From positions 1,312,001 to 1,376,000 of the forward strand of contig CAWCAG010000005.1 of assembly GCA_963793425.1 (NCBI GenBank): 64,000 bases of DNA. The letters are read 5' to 3'. The DNA is from an uncultured cyanobacterium. GTDB lineage: Bacteria > Cyanobacteriota > Cyanobacteriia > Cyanobacteriales > CAWCAG01. This document shows, one piece after another, positions 41,886 to 53,923 of this stretch; the first letter of the stretch is position 1, and each line of letters starts with the position of its first letter. The position numbers and the translations under genes are program-made. The notes beneath the pieces were generated by a model. The model made no database searches and was not told the origin of the DNA. It saw only the letters and a program-made list of their open reading frames with translations.

Positions 41886-41994
41886 TTTAACAGGGAGTAG
41901 GGAGTAGGGGAAAAGTAATAAGTAATAAGTAATAAGTTTTGAATATACTGTTCTCATTCCCTTTGACCCTTAACCTTTCTCCTAAAACTGTAAA

Positions 41995-43771
<1,777 letters not shown>

Positions 43772-43815
43772 ATTTTTACTCTCTTGAGTTGACAGAAAAT
43801 CATAGGGCTTATAAT

Positions 43816-43850
43816 CTCCCTCCTTTTTCGAGAGAAAGGGGGGAATTTTT
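43816..43850 (+). terminator. Putative intrinsic terminator after chlN
   Basis: Imperfect hairpin TCCCTCCTTTTT/AGAAAGGGGGGA followed by a T tract. Confidence 0.5.
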
Positions 43851-43920
43851 GCTCTGAAAAATAGGGAAATACTATAATTTAGAAGCTTGGAATAGTAGTA
43901 ATTTAATAACATTACCTACA

Positions 43921-44493
43921 ATGACTAACATTAGCCTCAGTTTAAGGCCTTTAGTTGAGGAACTGACACGTGAACAGTTTTATGAGCTATGCCTGGTAAA
44001 CAAAGAAATTGCTATGGAACGTAGTCCAACAGGAGAGTTAATCATTATGCCCCCAGTTGGTGGTGAGAGTGGAGAAAAAGAAGCAGACTACATTATTAAT
44101 TTAGGTATTTGGAATCGTCAGGCAAAACTTGGTAAGGTTTTTAGTTCTTCAACTGTTTTCAAATTACCCAATGGAGGCGATCGCTCTCCTGATGCAGCAT
44201 GGGTAGAACTAGAGCGCTGGAACGGTTTAACCGGAGAAGAAAAGAAAAAATTTCCGCCACTGTGTCCGGATTTTGTGATTGAACTACGTTCTGAGAGTGA
44301 TCGCCTCAAACCCCTTCAGGAGAAAATGCGTGAATATCTTGCTAGTGGGCTGCGGCTGGGATGGCTAATTAATCCCCAGGATCAATTAGTTGAGATTTAC
44401 CGACTGGATCAGGAGGTAGAGATTGTCGAAATTCCTGCCATAGTTTCAGGGGAGGATGTGTTGCCAGGTTTTGTTATGGAAATTATTTCTTAG
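43921..44493 (+). CDS. Uma2-family endonuclease
   Basis: FSSSTVFKLPNGGDRSPDAAW, PDFVIELRS. Confidence 0.92.
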   Translation: MTNISLSLRPLVEELTREQFYELCLVNKEIAMERSPTGELIIMPPVGGESGEKEADYIINLGIWNRQAKLGKVFSSSTVFKLPNGGDRSPDAAWVELERWNGLTGEEKKKFPPLCPDFVIELRSESDRLKPLQEKMREYLASGLRLGWLINPQDQLVEIYRLDQEVEIVEIPAIVSGEDVLPGFVMEIIS

Positions 44494-44558
44494 CTGTAGT
44501 TACAAAAATGTCAACGCTACGCCTTAGCTTGGAAAGTTAGCGCTCAACTGCAATTCCC

Positions 44559-47500
44559 TTAATTCAACTTACCGTTACCTGTAGGAACAGCTTCTGGACT
44601 TAAGGGATCGGGATCGCCTTCGCCAATCTCCTGACGATCTTCTTTGTCACCCAATAATTTACCTAACCAATGTACAAGGTTATCTACATAGGTAAACAGT
44701 ACTGGTACAACCACTAAAGTCAAAAGAGTAGAAGTGGTGAAGCCGCCAATAACTGCGATCGCCATGGGACTGCGTACCTCCCCATCTGCCCCCAATTCTA
44801 AAGCAATGGGTATCATGCCAGCCACAGTAGATATAGAGGTCATCAAAATTGGTCTTAAGCGAGATACTCCTGCCCCCACAACAGCTTGAAACTGCTTTTT
44901 ACCTTCTCTTTGACCGGAAAGGGCAAAATCTACTAGGAGAATCGCATTTTTCGTTACTAATCCCATCAACAAAACAATACCAATTAAAGCAAATAAACCT
45001 AACTCTTTTTGCGTCACCAATAAACCCAACAACGCACCACCAATAGAGAGGGGTAAGGCAACTAAAATTGCGAAGGGATAGAGAAAGTTGTTGTACAACA
45101 GTACCAGAATTACATAAATACAGAGAACTGCTAAACCCAAGGCACTACCAAAGCGAGTAAAGATATCTCTCATGATTTCTGCTTCACCGAAGGGTTCTTC
45201 TGAAACATCAGGTGGAAGGGGATTTATAGCAGGTAAAGCCTTCACCTGATCCAAAGCATCCCCCAAAGAAACACCTTCTAAATTCGCTTCCACCAAAACC
45301 TGACGGCTACGATCTAAACGTTCAATTTCTGCGGGACCACTGCCTAAACGAATATTAGCTACAGCAGTGAGGGGAACTAAGCCACCGCCATCGCCACGGG
45401 GAACCATGAGATTTTTAAGAGTTTCTAGGTCGTCGGTAGCATCAGAGGCAATTTTAACCCGGATAGGAATTTGACGATCAGCAAGGTTAAATTTAGCTAA
45501 ATTAGACTCACTGTCACCAATCAAAGCCAAAGAAGCGGTACGGGAAATTGCTTGTACCGAAACACCTAAATCTGCTGCCCTAGCCGCATCTGGTTCAATG
45601 ATAATTTCTGGTTTCACCAAACTCGTACTAGAAACCACCTCCACTAAACCAGGAATCTCTTTCATTTGACTTTCCAAAGCTTCAGCAGTTTCGTTTAAAG
45701 TTTCAGCATTTTCACTTTGCAAGACAATAGATAGTTCTTTGCTACCTCCTCCAGGCCCTTGACTCTGGAAGCTTACCCTTGCCCCAGGAATACGAGCAAA
45801 TTCTTGACGCATTTGTTGCTCAATTTCTCTTTGATGCAAGTCTCGTTCGCTTTTGGGTACAAGGCTAACAACCGCAGTACCTTGATCAACACTGTCACCC
45901 CCTAATGTTCCTAAAACACTTTTAATATTAGGATTAGGTAAGAGTATTTCATTCAATTGTGCCAATACCGCTTCGGTTTCTTGGAGTTGCGAACCCGCAG
46001 GAAGATCAATACTAACAATGCTGATGCCAATATCCCCACTATCAAACAAACCTTTGGGGATAAACTGGATAAGTTGCAAACTACCGATAAAAAAGACTAC
46101 GGCAACAATTAAGGTGGTAATGCGATGTTTTAAAGACCAAGTAAGGAGGTTGCGGTAGGGATGGAAGCGTTTTTGAGGAGGTTTGTGGTGGCCATTACCA
46201 TTAAAATTGGGGTTATGACCATTAGTTTCGGTATTAGTATATTTAGGTTGCAACAAATAGGCACTTAGCATCGGAGTCATCGTTACCGCCACTAAGGTAG
46301 AAAACATTGTCGAAACCGCAACGGTAATCCCAAAAGGTTGGAAGAATTGACCAGGTATACCTCCCATAAAAGCTACAGGAACAAAAACCGCCACAATAGT
46401 AGCAGTGGTAGCAACTACTGCTAAACCAATTTCCCGCGCCCCATCTAAAGCTGCTTTGAAGGGCCTTTTTCCCATTTGTAAATGCTGGTCGATGTTTTCA
46501 ATCATACAAATGGCATCGTCCACCAAGTTTCCTACCGCGAGGGCTAAAGCCAAAAGAGTCATACCATTAAGGGTATAATCTAAAGTCTTCATGACCATGA
46601 AAGTAGGAATCATCGAAAGAGGCAAAGCTAAGGCAGTAATTAAAGTAACTCGCCAATCTCGCAAAAATAACCACACTGTGACGATGGTCAACAAACAACC
46701 TGCAATCAAAGCCCCAATGGTCGCTTGATAAGAAGCCCGCACTTCATCAGCACGGGTAAAAATCAGTTCTTGCTTAATATCTTCTGGTAAAGTTGTTTTC
46801 AGTTCCTCAACTTTCTTTTTAACCCCTTCTTCTACGGTGACGAGGTTGCTACCTGTACTGCGAAGAACAGAGTAACTGACTACAGGTTCACCGTTTAAAT
46901 AAGCTGATTGCCTGGGGTCAGCAAAACTATCAGTTACTTCCCCTAAATCACTCAAACGGACACTATCACCGTTAGGCAGAACGATACCATAATCTTGCAA
47001 ATCTTCAACAGTTTCGGCACTACCTAAAGTACGAACATTTTGTTCTCCCCCGCCAATTTCTGAGCGCCCACTAGGTAAGTTAATATTTAAGCTACGGATC
47101 TGGTCGTTAACTTGGGTTGCTGTAATACCATAGGCTTGTAGGCGAGAAGGATCAAGATCAACACGAATTTCTCTATCTACCCCGCCTTTACGATTAACCT
47201 CAGCAACTCCTCTCACCGTTAATAAAGCGCGACTAATTTTGCGGTCTACCAGATCGCTTAACTCTTCTACTGAACGCTGAGGGGAAGAGACAGCATAGGT
47301 CATAACCGAACCACCAGCAAACTCTAAACGACTGACAATGGGGTCGTTGACATCTTGGGGTAATTTGCTACGAACTTGAGATACCGCGTTACGGACATCA
47401 TTAGTAGCCCTGTCTGTATCTGTATCTAAAGTAAATTCAACAACTGTAGTTGAACTTCCTTCTACCACTGTAGAAGTGATTTTATCTATATTCCCCAATC

Positions 47501-47723
47501 CCGCTACCGCATCTTCAATTTCTTTGGTAACTTGATTCTCCAATTCCGCCGGCCCCGCCCCAGGTTGCCCCACACTAATAATTACCGCCGGAACATCAAT
47601 ATTTGGTTCACTATCTATCCCCAGTTGCAGAAAAGAAAAGATACCAAAGATTCCCAAAACCAGAAACATAACAATGGTGGGAACCGGATTTTTAATTGAC
47701 CAAGAAGAGACGTGGAAAGACAT
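44559..47723 (-). CDS. RND efflux transporter permease (AcrB family)
   Basis: VDDAICMIENI, KNAILLVDF, RLRPILMT; about 1050 aa. Confidence 0.95.
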   Translation of the reverse strand: MSFHVSSWSIKNPVPTIVMFLVLGIFGIFSFLQLGIDSEPNIDVPAVIISVGQPGAGPAELENQVTKEIEDAVAGLGNIDKITSTVVEGSSTTVVEFTLDTDTDRATNDVRNAVSQVRSKLPQDVNDPIVSRLEFAGGSVMTYAVSSPQRSVEELSDLVDRKISRALLTVRGVAEVNRKGGVDREIRVDLDPSRLQAYGITATQVNDQIRSLNINLPSGRSEIGGGEQNVRTLGSAETVEDLQDYGIVLPNGDSVRLSDLGEVTDSFADPRQSAYLNGEPVVSYSVLRSTGSNLVTVEEGVKKKVEELKTTLPEDIKQELIFTRADEVRASYQATIGALIAGCLLTIVTVWLFLRDWRVTLITALALPLSMIPTFMVMKTLDYTLNGMTLLALALAVGNLVDDAICMIENIDQHLQMGKRPFKAALDGAREIGLAVVATTATIVAVFVPVAFMGGIPGQFFQPFGITVAVSTMFSTLVAVTMTPMLSAYLLQPKYTNTETNGHNPNFNGNGHHKPPQKRFHPYRNLLTWSLKHRITTLIVAVVFFIGSLQLIQFIPKGLFDSGDIGISIVSIDLPAGSQLQETEAVLAQLNEILLPNPNIKSVLGTLGGDSVDQGTAVVSLVPKSERDLHQREIEQQMRQEFARIPGARVSFQSQGPGGGSKELSIVLQSENAETLNETAEALESQMKEIPGLVEVVSSTSLVKPEIIIEPDAARAADLGVSVQAISRTASLALIGDSESNLAKFNLADRQIPIRVKIASDATDDLETLKNLMVPRGDGGGLVPLTAVANIRLGSGPAEIERLDRSRQVLVEANLEGVSLGDALDQVKALPAINPLPPDVSEEPFGEAEIMRDIFTRFGSALGLAVLCIYVILVLLYNNFLYPFAILVALPLSIGGALLGLLVTQKELGLFALIGIVLLMGLVTKNAILLVDFALSGQREGKKQFQAVVGAGVSRLRPILMTSISTVAGMIPIALELGADGEVRSPMAIAVIGGFTTSTLLTLVVVPVLFTYVDNLVHWLGKLLGDKEDRQEIGEGDPDPLSPEAVPTGNGKLN

Positions 47724-47782
47724 TTTTTTAGGGATTTAGGGAACGGGGAACAGGTAAGGAGTAATGGGTAATAGGTAGATCC

Positions 47783-49249
47783 TTAATCGTCTAAAAACCC
47801 TTCAACTACATCTACTTTGTCGCCATCTTTGAGATAGGATACGCCTTTAACTGCGATGGAATCGCCTTTATTTAAACCACTTTTAATGTGAATTTGGTTG
47901 TTAGGTAAAGGATCACCGAGTACAACCTCCTTCGCTTGGGCAATATTTTTTTCATTGAGGACAAATACTTTGCCACTACCATCAGCTTGAGGTAAAACAG
48001 CTTCTGAAGGCACTTTCACCCCCATTGCTGAAGACGTAATAATGTTACCTCGCAAAAACATTCCTGGACGCAGGGTTCCTGTATCTGGTAAAGGCACTTT
48101 AACAATCGCCTGACGAGATTCTTCATTGACTACGGGGTCTATTTCCCGAACCCTAGCGGCCATATCTACTCGACTATCTCGGTCAGAAGTAACCTCAACC
48201 CTTTGTCCAACTTCAATCTGAGATAACTGAGTTTCAGGAACTTTGAGTTGTAATTCCAAGTTACCGTTGGCCGTCATTTTAAACAAAACTCCAGAGGCCA
48301 CTTTACCAACATTAACAGGAACTTCTGTAACCTTACCGCTCACCGGAGCAAGTACACGGGTATCCTGGAGTTGGGCTTCAATGGCGGCTACTTGCCCCTG
48401 GGCCTGTTCTAATTGACCTTGGGCTTGAGTTATTACCTCTGGGCGTTCCCCAGCTTCTAATTCCTTAAGTTGCTCTTTCGCTTGGGCTAAACTAGCTTTA
48501 GCTTCTTCAAGATTACTAACCTTGCTATTATATTCGTTAATACTTTCATCTAAAGCATCTTTAGAAATAGCCCCTTCTTTAGTAAGATAACGATTACGAT
48601 CAACTCGCTTTTGAGCTAAACTTTTATCTGAATCTGCTGTATTCACCCTTGCTTGAGCGCTGATTACACCTTGTTTCGCCCTAGCTAATTCTTCAGAACG
48701 AGAACCATTTCTAACTTCCGCTAAACGAGCTTCGGCTTGCAACACAGAACCCTTAGCCTGGGTAAGCTGTGCCTGTAGCTGGGAGTTATCCAAGACAGCC
48801 ATTTCTGCCCCTTCTCTAACATAGTCTCCTTCTTGTACTGAAACTCTTTCCACTCGCAAGTTGGAAGCAGGAGAATAAACTTCAATATCTTTGAAAGGAG
48901 CAATAGTACCAGTCGCTTCAATAGAACTACTCACTGTACCTAATTCTACCTCCATCACCGTGGCACTTTGACTCGATGTAGAAGCAGGAGGTGCTTCTTC
49001 CTGGTTAGGAGTCTCTTCCTGGCTTGCCCCCAAAAAGCGACTTCCTACAAGAGCAAGTAAAATGCCCATGAACATACCCAAAAACAGACCCCGTTTGCCA
49101 GAAAGCCAATTGGTTTTCTTAACTGCTTCTGTTTCTTCAGTGGGTGTTAAGACAATTTCAATTTCTTGTTCGTCAATCTTTTGCTCTGTTGCTGAGATAG
49201 AGGTTCCTGGGGTTCGGTTTTGCTCGTCTTCTGGGGCTATTTGAGTCAC
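47783..49249 (-). CDS. RND periplasmic adaptor (membrane fusion protein)
   Basis: TM helix, lipoyl halves (VQEGDYV / APVSG), long coiled coil, LRPGMF. Confidence 0.92.
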   Translation of the reverse strand: MTQIAPEDEQNRTPGTSISATEQKIDEQEIEIVLTPTEETEAVKKTNWLSGKRGLFLGMFMGILLALVGSRFLGASQEETPNQEEAPPASTSSQSATVMEVELGTVSSSIEATGTIAPFKDIEVYSPASNLRVERVSVQEGDYVREGAEMAVLDNSQLQAQLTQAKGSVLQAEARLAEVRNGSRSEELARAKQGVISAQARVNTADSDKSLAQKRVDRNRYLTKEGAISKDALDESINEYNSKVSNLEEAKASLAQAKEQLKELEAGERPEVITQAQGQLEQAQGQVAAIEAQLQDTRVLAPVSGKVTEVPVNVGKVASGVLFKMTANGNLELQLKVPETQLSQIEVGQRVEVTSDRDSRVDMAARVREIDPVVNEESRQAIVKVPLPDTGTLRPGMFLRGNIITSSAMGVKVPSEAVLPQADGSGKVFVLNEKNIAQAKEVVLGDPLPNNQIHIKSGLNKGDSIAVKGVSYLKDGDKVDVVEGFLDD

Positions 49250-49491
49250 GACTGGTTTCTTCCTTTGTTGGCAGTTGAGCTATTAAAGTGTTTGTTAAAG
49301 GAGGATGATCTTAAGATAAATTTAATATATTTCAATATTACTTAATATACCCTATTATCAAGAATTTTAGAGCAATTAATAAGTGAACACTTACTTAAAT
49401 TATAATCAATTGTTTGATTCCTATAGAATAGGCAAAAGGTAGAGATTTTTGGTAAGAGGAACTGATACCATAACGGTTAATTAAATAAGGA

Positions 49492-50010
49492 GTGGCATCC
49501 ATGAAAATATTGCGTAGCTACAGCAAACCTCTAACCTATCTAGGTTTGCTTTCCCTGGCAATTATCCCTTTCTCTTCAGCCCTAAGTAACTCTGTAGCAG
49601 CGAAGGAGAATCCTTTAGAAATTGCCCAAGTCCAGCCTATTCCCCCCAGACAAACCATCTGCCGTAAAATTGCTGCTACTCCCTCCGGCATTACCGGACC
49701 AGGAGTTCCCTATTATCGTCAACCCACAGCAGTACAAAGCGGAGATCCTATCGGGCGCTATCCTATTGGTAGAGAAGTTAAATTAGTCGTTCCTCGCCAA
49801 GAAAGGCGGGTTTTTGATACAGACCGCCCGGATTTTGAATATGTAATGATTTTAGCCATTGAAGGTCAAACTGCTGAAGTTTGGTTTCCGGCTAACGTAG
49901 CCCGTAGATTTGGTGGTCCCCCTGTCGAAAAAGGTGCTTTAGTGATGTGTAATAATCCTGGAGTCCAGCAAACTAGTCCTGCTAATACTCCCGTCCGAGG
50001 CCGATGGTGA
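49492..50010 (+). CDS. Hypothetical secreted protein (SH3-like)
   Basis: Signal peptide, Cys pair, C-terminal PVRGRW; AAGGAG RBS. Confidence 0.55.
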   Translation: MASMKILRSYSKPLTYLGLLSLAIIPFSSALSNSVAAKENPLEIAQVQPIPPRQTICRKIAATPSGITGPGVPYYRQPTAVQSGDPIGRYPIGREVKLVVPRQERRVFDTDRPDFEYVMILAIEGQTAEVWFPANVARRFGGPPVEKGALVMCNNPGVQQTSPANTPVRGRW

Positions 50011-50684
50011 TTTCATTTATCATTGAACATTTATCATTTATCAGTTGTTGGCTTGGTTTTAGAAACAGCTACACATTTTGGTCTTTCTTTTTACTAAGTT
50101 CTAATACAACGGTTTTTTGTTTGGGCCAGAGTTTACCTGTGGGGGCATCTACTACTTCTTCATCGCTACAAGCCTCTGATACCATAGCTGTTGTGGTTTC
50201 TCCTCCCAGGATTTTAGATAAGCTGGAATTGCCACCATTGGGGGAAGCTGACCAATTTTTACCAGATCAACCAATTCCTGGGGGAGTAAATGCTTACGGC
50301 ACTCAGATAATTTTGAGTTTGAGCGATCGCCTAGTTTATTTATATCGTAATGGTCAACTTCAAGTCAGCTATCCTGTGGCCATTGGTAAACAGGGCTGGG
50401 AAACCCCTTTAGGTGATTTTCAGGTGCAACAAATGATTGTCGAACCAACTTGGGAGAATCCTTTTACCGGAGAGTTAATTCCACCAGGAGGAAATAATCC
50501 TTTAGGGAAAAGGTGGATTGGTTTTTGGAGTGATGGCAAAGATGTTATTGGTTTCCACGGCACTCCCAACGAAAAACTAATCGGGCAAGCTGTTTCCCAT
50601 GGTTGCGTAAGAATGCGTAATGAAGATGCGATCGCTTTGTTTGAACAAGTAGAAGTGGGAACCCCTGTTACTGTTATTAGGTAA
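50004..50684 (+). CDS. L,D-transpeptidase (YkuD family)
   Basis: YPVAIGK, IGFHGT, SHGCVRM. Confidence 0.92.
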   Translation: MVISFIIEHLSFISCWLGFRNSYTFWSFFLLSSNTTVFCLGQSLPVGASTTSSSLQASDTIAVVVSPPRILDKLELPPLGEADQFLPDQPIPGGVNAYGTQIILSLSDRLVYLYRNGQLQVSYPVAIGKQGWETPLGDFQVQQMIVEPTWENPFTGELIPPGGNNPLGKRWIGFWSDGKDVIGFHGTPNEKLIGQAVSHGCVRMRNEDAIALFEQVEVGTPVTVIR

Positions 50685-50817
50685 TGGGTAAGCTGTTATG
50701 CTTTTAAATTAGTTTGCAAGGGGAGGGGAGTAGGAAGTAGGGAGCAGTAAGGAAATGGGGAAAATTTGGTTAATGCAAAAATCCCTGTTTAAATGCGTCT
50801 TAGTTTAATAGGTTTAT

Positions 50818-51405
50818 ATGATAGGGAATTACACTATTAATTTCGCGCCGTTGTTTACCATTGATGACGAAAAGTTTGCTTTGCTTTGTCGTCATAACCC
50901 AGGTATCAAATTTGAAAGAAACCATCAAGGAGAATTGATTATTATGGCTCCAACCGGAGGAGAAAGCGGCATACGAAATACTGATTTAACTGGGCAATTT
51001 TGGCTTTGGAATCGCCAAAACAAATTAGGTAAAGTATTTGATTCTTCAACTTGTTTTCGCCTTCCTAATGGTGCTAACCTTTCCCCTGATGTTTCTTGGA
51101 TTAAACAAGCAAGATGGGATAAATTGACTCCTCAGCAAAAAGCAACTTTTCCTCCCCTTGCCCCTGATTTTGTCTTAGAATTAATGTCTCCAAGCGATAA
51201 TTTGAAAGATACTCAAAAAAAGATGCAAGAATACTTGGATGCTGGTGTTAAGCTAGGTTGGTTAATTAATCCCAAAAAACGTCAAGTAGAGATTTATCGT
51301 TTAGGGCAAGATAAAGAAGTTTTAGCACAACCAACTATATTATCAGGAGAAGATATTTTACCTGGGTTTATTCTCGATTTACAAATAATTTGGCAAACCG
51401 AGTAA
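50818..51405 (+). CDS. Uma2-family endonuclease
   Basis: FDSSTCFRLPNGANLSPDVSW, PDFVLELMS. Confidence 0.92.
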   Translation: MIGNYTINFAPLFTIDDEKFALLCRHNPGIKFERNHQGELIIMAPTGGESGIRNTDLTGQFWLWNRQNKLGKVFDSSTCFRLPNGANLSPDVSWIKQARWDKLTPQQKATFPPLAPDFVLELMSPSDNLKDTQKKMQEYLDAGVKLGWLINPKKRQVEIYRLGQDKEVLAQPTILSGEDILPGFILDLQIIWQTE

Positions 51406-51551
51406 AATCATTTATTACTTATTATTTAATAGCTAAAATAGGCTGTAACTCTTGGCTACTACTTGCTGCCTACTCCCTACTCCCTTGCCCCAGCAAGCAA
51501 TATAAATGCCTGAGAGCTTAATTAATAATATTATTATTGAATTAGTTAGGA

Positions 51552-51941
51552 TTGGTACAACCTATGTTTAAAGATGAAGCCGTATCTTCAGGCTTAATAG
51601 TCTTCCTCATTTTGCTTCTAGCCTTTGTTTCTGTGAGGATATCAATACCTTTAAGTATTGTGTTAGGTGCTATTGCTGGACTCTGTTGGGGATTTATAAT
51701 TAACTGGCGACTAACGAAAGAGGAGCCTGGTGAAGCTTGGTCTAATAGATTAAATCGGGTTGTTAAAACCACCTCCGGCAAAGTTAATTTATCTGAAGCA
51801 CAAAGAAGGGCTAGAGAACAGATAAAAAGTACGAGAATACAAGATAGCAGAAACGAACAAAACCAAGATAAGAATAAAAATAAGGGTGGAAATAAACTAA
51901 TTAGACCTTTGGTTTTTTGGCGGAGAAAGAATAAGAATTAA
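51552..51941 (+). CDS. Hypothetical membrane protein
   Basis: Two TM helices and a basic tail; probable start ATG 51564. Confidence 0.55.
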   Translation: MVQPMFKDEAVSSGLIVFLILLLAFVSVRISIPLSIVLGAIAGLCWGFIINWRLTKEEPGEAWSNRLNRVVKTTSGKVNLSEAQRRAREQIKSTRIQDSRNEQNQDKNKNKGGNKLIRPLVFWRRKNKN

Positions 51942-51958
51942 GGACTGGGAGATGGGGT

Positions 51959-51993
51959 GACTGGGGAAAATGATTTTAATTTTGCCCCCAGTC
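51959..51993. terminator. Hairpin between convergent genes
   Basis: GACTGGGG...CCCCAGTC inverted repeat. Confidence 0.5.
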
Positions 51994-52026
51994 TGTAATT
52001 GAGTTAGGGTTTGTCTTACTGAGCTT

Positions 52027-53821
52027 TTAACGTTTAGCTAACTTTTTCGTCTTCACTTTCCGTAAACGAATAGACTCAGGAGTAACTTCCACTAACTCAT
52101 CGGTGGTGATATATTCCAAAGCCCTTTCTAAACTCATTTCAATGGGAGATTGTAGTTGTACTAATTCATCTCCACTAGCCGCACGGTGGTTGGTTAATTG
52201 CTTAGTTTTGGCTACATTAAGATCCAAATCTTGGGGACGGTTGTGTTCCCCAACAATCATACCTTTGTAAACTTTAATTCCGGGAGTGATGAAGAAAACA
52301 CCCCTATCCTCAGCATTCTTTAAGGCATAGAAAGTTGCTACTCCTTCTTCAAAAGCAACAATTACCCCATTGCGGCGAGTCTCTAAATCTCCCATTAAAG
52401 GACGATATTCTAAGAAACTGTGGTTCATAATTCCTTCACCACGGGTTAAACGGAGGAATTCCCCTCGGAAGCCAATTAAACCCCTGGCAGGTATAACAAA
52501 CTCCAATTGAGTACGTCCGTTGCCACCCACCTGCATATCCTGCATTGTCCCTTTACGCTGCCCCAAACGTTCAATGCAACTACCTACGGCTGCTTCAGGA
52601 ACATCTACTACCAAATACTCGTAGGGTTCGCAAGGTTGCCCATTAATTTCTCGGTAAATAACCTGGGGTTGAGAAACTTGAAACTCATAACCTTCTCGGC
52701 GCATGGTTTCAATTAAAATACCTAAATGTAGTTCTCCTCGTCCAGAAACAGAGAATTTTTCTGTGGAATCAGATTCTTCAACCCTCAAAGCCACGTTGGT
52801 TTCCAATTCTCGGAATAAGCGTTCCCGAATTTGGCGAGAGGTGACATAATTGCCTTCCTGTCCAGCAAAAGGAGAATCATTAACGGAGAATGTCATTTGT
52901 AAGGTAGGTTCGTCTACCTTAATTAAGGGTAAAGCTTGGGGATCTTCTGGGGAGGTGAGGGTTTCGCCAATATTAGCATCAGCAAATCCAGCTACAGCAA
53001 CAATATTTCCCGCCGAGGCTTCTTCGAGATCCACCCGCTTTAATCCGTCAAAACCCATTAATTTAGTCACTTTCGCTTTAATGGTTTTGCCTTCTTCTTG
53101 AACTAAAGCTACCTGCTGCCCTGCTTTAATAACGCCGTTATGGATTCTACCAATAACAATCCGCCCCACATAATCTGAGTAGTCCAAAGTTGTAACTTGT
53201 AGCTGCAATGGCTTAGTGACATCTCCTACCGGAGGGGGAACGTGTTGGAGAATCGCTTCAAACAGGGGCTGCATATCTACCCCTTCAGTTTCTAAATCTT
53301 CTTTGGCGTAACCTTCTAAGCCAGAGGCAAATAGATAGGTGAAGTCGCACTGATCATCATCGGCCCCTAATTCAATAAATAAATCTAAAACTTTATCTAC
53401 TGCAGCTAAGGGATCTGCATGGGGACGATCAATTTTATTAACGACGACGATAGGACGTAGAGCCCTTTTCTAAGGCTTTTTTCAAGACAAACCTGGTTTG
53501 GGGCATTGGCCCTTCGTTAGCATCGACGATTAAGATACAACCATCTACCATACCTAATACTCGCTCAACTTCGCCCCCAAAATCAGCGTGTCCTGGGGTA
53601 TCAACGATGTTGATTAGAGTATCTTTATAGCGAACAGCAGTATTTTTGGAAAGAATGGTAATACCCCTTTCTCGTTCCAGGGCATTGGAGTCCATGACGC
53701 AATCAGGAATCTCTTCCCCTTCGCGAAAGATACCGGATTGTTTTAATAAAGCATCAACCAAGGTTGTTTTACCATGATCAACGTGAGCAATAATAGCAAG
53801 ATTGCGAATGGGAAGAGACAT
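52027..53821 (-). pseudogene. typA: Translational GTPase TypA/BipA with one frameshift near 53461 (real or sequencing error)
   Basis: AHVDHGKT and DTPGHADF in the first frame; [15 protein letters not shown] continues in another frame through the complete C-terminus. Confidence 0.9.
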
Positions 53822-53923
53822 ATTGAGAAGTCAAGGACGTTGATTTACGTTATCGATCTAAAGATTTCTTAATAATTCTAACTTGAATCAGCTATTTTCG
53901 GTAATAGTTACTAAAGAAGCAAA

